This document shows positions 56,808 to 64,000 of a stretch of 64,000 bases of DNA, in pieces (position 1 is the stretch's first letter; every line of letters starts with the position of its first letter). The notes under the pieces are model-generated. The model had not been told where the DNA came from. It searched no databases and saw only the letters and a list, made by a program, of their open reading frames with translations. This DNA comes from an uncultured Gemmatimonadales bacterium (GTDB taxonomy: Bacteria; Gemmatimonadota; Gemmatimonadetes; Gemmatimonadales; Gemmatimonadaceae): assembly GCA_963850905.1 (NCBI GenBank), contig CAWKMU010000003.1, forward strand, positions 2,720,001 to 2,784,000, written 5' to 3'. The position numbers and the translations under genes were made by a program.

Positions 56808-57670
56808 GTCCACTGCGCACACTCCGCGATCTGGTTGATGCCGATGGCGGCCGTCTCATCACCCCAGACCCGGGAAAAACCGCCGCACGCCTGGATCGCG
56901 CGCGCGTACAGTTTCGTCAGGTCGGAGGCCCCGACGACATGAATCTCGCTTCCGACCGCCACCGCCTGTCGCACTTCGTGCCCGATGAGAAGACCGGACA
57001 GGTACGATCCTGCGCTCGTCTCCGGCAACCGGCCGACGAGCCCCAAACCGCGGATGCCGAAAAGGTGGTGGAGCACCCCGCCAGGATCCGCTGACCGGGC
57101 GACGCCGGCGTCGAACGCGGACTGCACGGCCGGACCGTCGGCGATCGACCGGGCGAGGATGGTGTGCGCGCGAAGCGCCGCGAATGCTTCGCCCGTGAGG
57201 AAGGTCGAGAACGTCACGATGCGCCCGCCGGTGACCTGGACCCACTTGCTGTGGCTCCCCGGCATACAGATCACACCGCTCTTGATGTCGGTGCCGAAAA
57301 CCTGCGCCTCCTCGCCGCGAATGAACTCCGGCACGCCGTTCTGGTCGGCACTGGAGATGCCGGGGACCACGCGGACCGCTGCGCCGTCGAATGGCACTGC
57401 GACCAGCTTCCCCGCGAGGTCGCGAGGCGCCACGGGGCAGGGGACGTACCCAGTCTCGACCCAACCGCCGCGGCTGCCGATCATCCCGGAGAGCAGCACG
57501 CGACCCTCACCTTTGGCCAGCCACGATCCCACGAGGTCGCGTAATGTCGACGCGAACCGGCTTCGATCGATGTGGAGAATCCCCGCGGGCGCGGCGCGAC
57601 GGTCGACGACGGTCCCGCCCTGCACGCGGTACGCCCGGCAGTTGGTGGTCCCCCAATCAACGGCGATCAC
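56804..57670 (-). CDS. dgoK: 2-dehydro-3-deoxygalactonokinase
   Basis: IAVDWGTTNCRAY, SGMIGSRGGW, RGEEAQ, PGSHSKW, YLSGLLIGHE. Confidence 0.93.
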   Translation of the reverse strand: MIAVDWGTTNCRAYRVQGGTVVDRRAAPAGILHIDRSRFASTLRDLVGSWLAKGEGRVLLSGMIGSRGGWVETGYVPCPVAPRDLAGKLVAVPFDGAAVRVVPGISSADQNGVPEFIRGEEAQVFGTDIKSGVICMPGSHSKWVQVTGGRIVTFSTFLTGEAFAALRAHTILARSIADGPAVQSAFDAGVARSADPGGVLHHLFGIRGLGLVGRLPETSAGSYLSGLLIGHEVRQAVAVGSEIHVVGASDLTKLYARAIQACGGFSRVWGDETAAIGINQIAECAQWT

Positions 57671-57676
57671 AGCCCG

Positions 57677-58054
57677 TCACGTCGTCCGCTGGGCGGCGAT
57701 GCAGTCGATCTCGACCTCGACGCCGACCAGCTGGCAGCCGATTGTAGTACGAGCCGGCGGGTCGTTCGGAAAAAACTCCCGATAGACGTCGTTGTACTCC
57801 TTGAAGCGGCTCACGTCGCTGAGATACCCGTTGACCTTGACCGCATCGGAGAGCTCGAGACCCACGCCGCGCAGGATCCGCTCGACGTTCCGGATCACCA
57901 GCCGCACCTGATCGGCAAAGGAGGCTGGCACCGCTCCCGTCACCGGATCGCGCGGCACCTGTCCGGATACGTAGACCGCGCCATTCGCGATGACGGCGTG
58001 CGAGTAGTGCCCGCCGGGTTTGGCGGCCTCCTTCACCATGACGGCTGTGCGCAT
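57677..58054 (-). CDS. RidA-family deaminase (cytoplasmic)
   Basis: GHYSHAV, YVSGQVP, PPARTT (catalytic Arg), VEIDCIA. First gene of the rid-dgoK-dgoA operon. Confidence 0.92.
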   Translation of the reverse strand: MRTAVMVKEAAKPGGHYSHAVIANGAVYVSGQVPRDPVTGAVPASFADQVRLVIRNVERILRGVGLELSDAVKVNGYLSDVSRFKEYNDVYREFFPNDPPARTTIGCQLVGVEVEIDCIAAQRTT

Positions 58055-58189
58055 GCGATGCCTTCCTCGAGGGTTGGGGCTCTGACGCGGGTCCCGCTGG
58101 TCGAACGGCGTCACCAACGATAACGTTGGGCCGGTCGCTGAGCGACCGGCTAGTCGGCGCCCGTAGGCGTCTCTCCTCCATTCCATGGA

Positions 58190-59593
58190 TTGTCGATGAC
58201 AGCCAACACGGCGTTGAGCAGTGCGGAACCCAGCTCCGAGCGCAAGCCTAAAGAGCTGGCACGAGTACTTGGCTTGGGAAACCTGATCTTCATCGTCGTT
58301 GGTACAGTCATTGGCTCCGGCGTTTTCCTGGTACCGGGCGCGGTGCTGCGACAGGTCGACGCCAGGGCAGGCGTAGGGATGGGCATCTGGGTGGTCGGCG
58401 GGGTGCTCTCACTGCTGGGCGCACTCACGTGTGGCGAGTTGGGTGCTATGATGCCCGAAGCGGGCGGTCTGTACGTCTACATTCGCGACGCATTCGGACC
58501 GTTCCTCGCATTCCTGTACGGGTGGGCACAGTTCACCGTGATCGCCAGCGGCTCTATTGCAACGCTCGCGGTAGCGGCACGGGTGTATCTCGGTGCCCTC
58601 GTGCCACTGACTCCCGTGATGGACAAGCTGGTACCGATTGTCGTCATTGCTGTCTTCGCCGCGATCAACGTCTGGGGCACACGAAAGAGCGCCCGCGTGC
58701 TCGGATTGGGGACATCGATCAAGGCTGGTGCGATCGTGATCATGGCGATCCTGCTCTTCGCTGCAGGGCACGTGCAAGTGACCGCCGCGCCGGCGGCGAC
58801 CATCAATCACGTGTCAGGACTTGGTCTGCTCGGTGGTGCGGGCCTGGCCCTTGTCGCCACGTTGTGGGCCTACGAAGGGTGGCAGTACGTGACATTTTCG
58901 GCGGGCGAGACTCGCGACCCGCAGCGCATCTTCCCGCTCGGCATCGTGGTGGGCACGGCATGCGTGGTCGTGCTCTACCTGCTCGCAAATCTTGCCTACG
59001 TGCACGCGCTGGGTCCCGCGGCCGTGGCGACGTCGGACCGTGTGGCCGCGGACGCGATGACTGCTGCCTACGGCCCGGCAGCCGGTTTGGTGATGGTCGT
59101 GATTGTCGAGGTGTCGGTCTGTAGTGCGATGAACGGCGTCATCCTCACTGCGCCGCGTGTGTACTACGCAATGGCCCGCGATGGGGTGTTCTTCCAACGA
59201 CTCGCCGACGTGCATCCGCGGTTCGGCACCCCGGCGTTCGCGATCATTTCGAGTGCCACTTGGGCGATGGTCCTGGCCATGAGCGGCACGTACGCGCAGC
59301 TCTTCACGTACGTGATCGGGACGGGGTGGGCATTCTACGGGGCAGCCGCGCTCACGATTTTCTGGTACCGACGGCATCGACCGGATGCCGTGCGCCCGTT
59401 TCGCGTTCCCGGTTACCCCTGGACGCCCGCGCTCTTCGTGCTCGCCGCTCTGGGTGTGGTCCTCGACGTCATCGTGAAGCAGCCTACCGATGCCGCGAAG
59501 GGTCTGGGAATCGTGCTCCTCGGAGCCCCGGTCTACCTGATTTGGCGGGGGCGGGGAAGAAAACGGGCGGGTGAGAGGACGTCCAACGTCTAA
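58190..59593 (+). CDS. APC-family amino-acid permease (LAT/FrlA-like)
   Basis: GTVIGSGVF, ELGAMMPEAGGLYVY, WAYEGW, PRVYYAMARDG, RPFRVPGYP. Confidence 0.93.
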   Translation: MSMTANTALSSAEPSSERKPKELARVLGLGNLIFIVVGTVIGSGVFLVPGAVLRQVDARAGVGMGIWVVGGVLSLLGALTCGELGAMMPEAGGLYVYIRDAFGPFLAFLYGWAQFTVIASGSIATLAVAARVYLGALVPLTPVMDKLVPIVVIAVFAAINVWGTRKSARVLGLGTSIKAGAIVIMAILLFAAGHVQVTAAPAATINHVSGLGLLGGAGLALVATLWAYEGWQYVTFSAGETRDPQRIFPLGIVVGTACVVVLYLLANLAYVHALGPAAVATSDRVAADAMTAAYGPAAGLVMVVIVEVSVCSAMNGVILTAPRVYYAMARDGVFFQRLADVHPRFGTPAFAIISSATWAMVLAMSGTYAQLFTYVIGTGWAFYGAAALTIFWYRRHRPDAVRPFRVPGYPWTPALFVLAALGVVLDVIVKQPTDAAKGLGIVLLGAPVYLIWRGRGRKRAGERTSNV

Positions 59594-59621
59594 CGTCCAA
59601 CGTCTAGCGTCTAACGTCTTA
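59580..59621 (+). repeat. Heptamer array (CGTCYWR)x6 supplying the stops of both convergent genes
   Basis: cgtccaa cgtctaa cgtccaa cgtctag cgtctaa cgtctta. Confidence 0.88.
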
Positions 59622-62502
59622 AGTCATTCCAGTTCGCGAGCGCGTTGACGACGAGCGCGAACGTTCCCTGTGACTCCCATCGCCAAAGCGGACGAATGCC
59701 GAACATGACGACGTGCCCCTTGCCGACGGGTGCATCGACGACGGCGGCTTTGCCTGCAAGCTCGCCACCCGATACGAGCAAGCCCGAGACGAGCAGTGAG
59801 TCGGGGCGCGTGTGGTATCGAACGATCACGCGCGCGCGGCGCGCCTCGGCCTCGCGCAGAATGGCGGAATCGACGCCGACGTCGATCGCCAGTGTGTCGT
59901 GCTGCAGCACGTTGAGCACCGGTGCGCCACCGAAGTACACCGGGAATGACGGGGCGTCCTCGTACCCGTAGAGCAACGGGCTGTCGCTCGGCATGGGCTG
60001 GGCACGAACAACGGATCCCTGTGCGCGCAGCGCCTTGGCCGGCACGACTTCCACGGTCGGGTTGAACCCGAGTGCAATCGCCAGGTCCGTGGTCCCGCCT
60101 TCCGTGATGAGCAGCCCGCCGCGCTCGACGAACTGCCGCAGGGCAACTGCTCCAGAGAGGCCCATTCCTGGCCGCATGTCGTCGGTCTGATCCCAGAGGC
60201 CGAGGTTGGGCGTCAGCGGACTCTTCTTCCATGGAATCGGCGGGCCAATCATGGGCCGCCCGTTGAGCAGCGTGCTGGTCGAGCCGTTGACGTGCGGGAA
60301 GACCACCACATCGAACCGGTCGAGCGCGGCCGGCTTGCTCAACCCCTGGTCCGCAATCGACGTGTACGGAATGCCCATCTGATCGAACGCGAAACGGACC
60401 CATCCTTCGTTCTGCGTCTCGAGCCAGCTGTGGAGGATCGCGACGCGTGGCAGACTCACGCCGTGGCGCCGCACGGTGACTGGCTGCGACGTCGCGACGC
60501 CCGTCAGGCCCAGCGCGATGAGCGGCGTACGATGATCGTCAGTGCCTTGTTCGACGATGAACGTGCCGCGGGGAAAGTCTTGGCCAGCGACTTTGAACGC
60601 CGTCTCCGCCACGGCGACGCGCGCGCCTGGCACTTTCCAGGGCAGCACGGCGGCTCGCCAATCGCCCGAGTTGCGGACGACGAGGGTCAGACCGGCCCGG
60701 GTGCCACCGCCAGCCGCTTGCGACGCTGCATCGACCGTGATCGCGCCCTGCGCGGTCGCGTCCGCGGTCAGCCGATCCATCGGCCGGCTCAACACGGATG
60801 AATCTCCAACGGGGTACACAACCACGTGCCGCAACAAGTCGAGCGTCCAGCCCGTGTCGTCGTAGGGCGTCGGCTCATTCGCGCCAAAGTGCTGAATCGC
60901 GAGCAGCGTGCGTGCGGTTCCCGCGTACGGCTGGTCCATGCGCACGATCCAGTCGCCGCGATGCACCGCGACGGGGGGCTGCTTCGCCTTGGCACTGTCG
61001 CCTCTGGCCGCGCCAGCCGGCGGCCCCGCGGCCGGATCGCGCGGCGGGGTCATGTCGCTGCCGACTTCAATCGAGCGGGGGGCCTCCTGCGCGGAGAAAT
61101 CCGCCGTCGCTACTTGGATCTCCAGGCCGTGCGTGCGGAAGAGATTCACCAGCGCGGCTGCTTCGCCGGCGTGACGCTGGTCGCGTGGAATGACGAACGC
61201 GTACGGCGCGCTTGTCTCCCCGCGTCGTACCATATCCTCACCCTTCGTCGCGAAATTGGTCAGAAACGTCTCGCGGTTGTCAGCGACGTACCGCAATGCG
61301 ACGAGCAACGCCGATTGCTGATAGTTGATGTTCGACCGGATGCACCACTTGACGCCGTTGACTGGGGGGTTGGCCCGGTCCCACCGGCGCTGGATGGCCT
61401 CGGTCGCGAGGTGCACCGTGTGACAGTCTGCGCCGAGTGATGTGTAGGTCTCGTAGAAGCGACCGATCGAGTTGTGCAGACTCGCAACGGAGAGCACCGT
61501 GTAGTTCGGCGCCCAGCCGTCGTAGAAGCCGTGCGTCCAGATGCCGGGCAGGCCCCGCCGCGTCAGCTCGGTGATTTCCTGATAGGCGAGCGTGTGAAGC
61601 TCGTCGATGAGGATGGGGTCGTACTCATCATTGTAAGGGCCGGTCCCCGTGCTCGCGTAAAGGAAGGGAACTGACTCGTGCAGATCGTGCGCGACGGTCG
61701 GGTGCCAGTTGAGGACCACGTTGACGACGCTCTGCGTTAGGCGCTGGGACACCACCATCGCGTCGCGATTGTTGTCGTGTGCCGTGTATTTTCCCCAGTA
61801 GACGAGGGGAACCCCGCGCTCGCCGACCTTGAGGGCACGCGACTCGGCGAACGCATCGACCTCGCGATCGCGGCCATCGGTCTCGAGCACCGGCGTCATC
61901 AACGTGATCACGCTCGAGCGAATCGCTCGAACGGGTTCCGACTCGTCCACGGCGAGTCGATAGGCCAGCTCCATGAGCATCTCGGGGCTGCCGGTCTCTG
62001 GCGAGTGGATCGAGCCGGTCATCCAGTAAATCGGCTTGGCGTCGTGAATTAGCCGAGCGCGCTCGTCGGCACCGAGGCCGCGCGGGTCCGCCAGCCGAGC
62101 CAGCTTGCTCTTGTACGCGTCGAGACCAGCTATGGTCGCTTCGTCGCTGATGGCGACCAGCAGCATCTCGCGCCCCTCGTCACTAGTACCGGCCGTGAAT
62201 ACCTTCACTCGGGGGGAGGCAGCCGCCAACGCTCGGAAGTAACGGTTGATGTCTGCGACGTGTGACAATTTCCCGACAGTCCCTGGCACGTAGCCCAGTA
62301 CTTTCAGTGGCGATGGCACCGTCGCGGATGCGGGGAGATAGTCGACCATCTCGGTGGAGAACTTCCATTGAGCATCGGTCGGAGTGAGTGCGCGGATTTC
62401 CCGCGTATAGGCCGAATCGATTGGTTGCTGGGCGGCTAATAGCGCGGCCGTGAGTGCCAGCATCGGGGCCGTGATGCTGAGAGAGCGGCGAAGTATCGAC
62501 AT
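59611..62502 (-). CDS. Exported M14 zinc carboxypeptidase-family protein
   Basis: Signal peptide from ATG 62502, GSIHSPE (HxxE), DNNRD, HDLHE, C-terminal GATase-like region. Confidence 0.9.
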   Translation of the reverse strand: MSILRRSLSITAPMLALTAALLAAQQPIDSAYTREIRALTPTDAQWKFSTEMVDYLPASATVPSPLKVLGYVPGTVGKLSHVADINRYFRALAAASPRVKVFTAGTSDEGREMLLVAISDEATIAGLDAYKSKLARLADPRGLGADERARLIHDAKPIYWMTGSIHSPETGSPEMLMELAYRLAVDESEPVRAIRSSVITLMTPVLETDGRDREVDAFAESRALKVGERGVPLVYWGKYTAHDNNRDAMVVSQRLTQSVVNVVLNWHPTVAHDLHESVPFLYASTGTGPYNDEYDPILIDELHTLAYQEITELTRRGLPGIWTHGFYDGWAPNYTVLSVASLHNSIGRFYETYTSLGADCHTVHLATEAIQRRWDRANPPVNGVKWCIRSNINYQQSALLVALRYVADNRETFLTNFATKGEDMVRRGETSAPYAFVIPRDQRHAGEAAALVNLFRTHGLEIQVATADFSAQEAPRSIEVGSDMTPPRDPAAGPPAGAARGDSAKAKQPPVAVHRGDWIVRMDQPYAGTARTLLAIQHFGANEPTPYDDTGWTLDLLRHVVVYPVGDSSVLSRPMDRLTADATAQGAITVDAASQAAGGGTRAGLTLVVRNSGDWRAAVLPWKVPGARVAVAETAFKVAGQDFPRGTFIVEQGTDDHRTPLIALGLTGVATSQPVTVRRHGVSLPRVAILHSWLETQNEGWVRFAFDQMGIPYTSIADQGLSKPAALDRFDVVVFPHVNGSTSTLLNGRPMIGPPIPWKKSPLTPNLGLWDQTDDMRPGMGLSGAVALRQFVERGGLLITEGGTTDLAIALGFNPTVEVVPAKALRAQGSVVRAQPMPSDSPLLYGYEDAPSFPVYFGGAPVLNVLQHDTLAIDVGVDSAILREAEARRARVIVRYHTRPDSLLVSGLLVSGGELAGKAAVVDAPVGKGHVVMFGIRPLWRWESQGTFALVVNALANWNDLRR

Positions 62503-62533
62503 ACTGGATGGATAGGGTAGCGGAGGGGCTCGG

Positions 62534-63772
62534 TTGAGGTACAACATACAGCGCGCGCTCGATGTAGCCACCCACTCGCCGAGAGGCTTCTTACCTGTGC
62601 ATTCACTGCGTGCCGTCGTGCGCGCCCGGATCGGGCGAGCACGTTCGCGTCTTTTTCGGCGCGGTCCGACGGGGCGTCGCACGACGCTCGCCCTGTCGTT
62701 CCTGGTAGGCCCTCTCGTTCCTCGCGCGGCGACTGCACCCGCGATTCCCGCCGCGGCGGCGTTTCCGGTCGAGGCACCCGATCTCGCTCTGTTGCCTCGG
62801 GCCACGGTCACATTCGACCGGGAGCACCAGCGGCTAACGATTGAGGTTCCGGTCGGTGATGTCCCTGCCGCAGGTTCCTCCGGGATGTACATGCGGGCCT
62901 TGCCAGTGGGGCAGGCGGTGATCCCTGCTTCGGGCACGATCTACTCCATCGCGACCAAGGTCGTCGATGCGGCCGGCCGCGAACTGCCTCGGACGCTGCT
63001 GCACCATGTCAACCTCACAGATCCGACCCGGCGCGAGCTATTCTTGCCGATCTCGTTGCACATCTTCGCGGCGAGCAAGGAAACGCCGCCGCTCGCGCTT
63101 CCGGGCCTCATGCTCGGGCTTCCGCTCGAGCAGGGTCAGCGACTGCTCGTGACGGGGATGGTTGGGAACGAGACCTCGACGGCGTATCGCGGTGTGCGTT
63201 TCCGTGTGATTCTTGGCTATCGGCCGGCAGGACACTTGTGGCCGCTGTGGCACGCGTATCCCATGGTGCTCGACGCGATGTTTCCGCTCGGGAAGGGTGC
63301 GGATGGCAGCAAGGCGTTCGACCTACCGCCGGGCGTAACGGTGAAAAGTTGGGAAGGGGCTCCGGCCGTCGGGGGCTACGTCCTGGGTGTCGGCGGCCAT
63401 GTCCACGACTACGCGCTGGCCGTGGATCTGACCGACGTCACCGCCGGGCACCTCATCTGGCACGGGAGTCCGCAACGCGACGCGGCAGGGCGGGTCCTTC
63501 TGCTGCCGGTCACGCGGTTCTTCAACTGGCACCGGCTCGGCGTACGGATCGAACCGGAGCATCGCTACCGCATCACGGTCACCTATAACAACGCCACGGG
63601 CCATCTGCTCAAGGATGGTGGCATGGGTGCAGTGGGAGGCCTCTTCGTCCCGGACGGCTCGGTGCCGTGGCCCGCGGTCGACACGACGAACGCATTGTAT
63701 CGCGCCGATCTCCAGGAGACGTTCGTGCCTCCGTCGACGACGATGGACGGTATGATGATGAGTGCGCGGTAG
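62534..63772 (+). CDS. Exported protein with copper monooxygenase (PHM/DBH)-like ligand motifs
   Basis: LLHHVN, GGHVHD, DGGMG, Met-rich C-terminus. Start uncertain. Confidence 0.65.
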   Translation: MRYNIQRALDVATHSPRGFLPVHSLRAVVRARIGRARSRLFRRGPTGRRTTLALSFLVGPLVPRAATAPAIPAAAAFPVEAPDLALLPRATVTFDREHQRLTIEVPVGDVPAAGSSGMYMRALPVGQAVIPASGTIYSIATKVVDAAGRELPRTLLHHVNLTDPTRRELFLPISLHIFAASKETPPLALPGLMLGLPLEQGQRLLVTGMVGNETSTAYRGVRFRVILGYRPAGHLWPLWHAYPMVLDAMFPLGKGADGSKAFDLPPGVTVKSWEGAPAVGGYVLGVGGHVHDYALAVDLTDVTAGHLIWHGSPQRDAAGRVLLLPVTRFFNWHRLGVRIEPEHRYRITVTYNNATGHLLKDGGMGAVGGLFVPDGSVPWPAVDTTNALYRADLQETFVPPSTTMDGMMMSAR

Positions 63773-63842
63773 CGGATCACTGGGAAACGCGACAGCTCGC
63801 TGGCGCGCGCGTGCAAACGGGAACGACCACGACACTCGAAAA

Positions 63843-63985
63843 CGGCGGGTAGGGGCGACGCAATGCGTCGCCCTAGGGTGCGGCGTTGTGACGAATGATT
63901 CGTTGTCACGGCGAACACAAAGGCACCGGCACCGTGCACGGTTCAAGCAACGGCGGGCGACGCATTGCGTCGCCCCTGCCCGCCG
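63843..63985. repeat. REPIN-like inverted pair of family A REPs
   Basis: GTAG-REP at 63849-63873 and an inverted GCAG variant at 63955-63979, both with the cggcgg flank. Confidence 0.88.
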
Positions 63986-64000
63986 GATCGCAGCCGTCGT

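Overview
This is a GC-rich, gene-dense bacterial chromosomal segment. The ADOP permease, ECF42/DGPF pair, TMEM175 channel and many Sec/Tat/lipoprotein substrates suggest Gemmatimonadota or Acidobacteriota; this is an inference from gene content. About 45 CDSs are recognisable, mostly exported hydrolases, transporters and oxidoreductases. I found no rRNA, tRNA, CRISPR array, integrase or transposase. Main candidates for undescribed systems: (1) a three-gene MFS exporter / ATP-grasp ligase / StrB1-like amidinotransferase cassette (27.9-31.3 kb) that looks like a minimal amidino-metabolite biosynthetic cluster, bracketed by two Phi-1/EXORDIUM-like lipoprotein paralogues; (2) a sugar-acid locus (46.9-59.6 kb) with a Tat-exported SelA/DgaE-like PLP enzyme, a signal-peptide RidA, dgoK/dgoA but no dgoD, which suggests periplasmic deamination of an amino-sugar acid; (3) a PHM-like copper protein divergent from an exported M14 carboxypeptidase; (4) a strongly base-paired ~140-nt leader upstream of a cupredoxin gene; (5) two GTAG-REP families, composite REP-in-heptamer elements and strand-biased CGTCYAR heptamer arrays that supply stop codons. 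Three or four single-base frameshifts probably reflect assembly indels. All family assignments come from motif recognition by eye, not from database searches.
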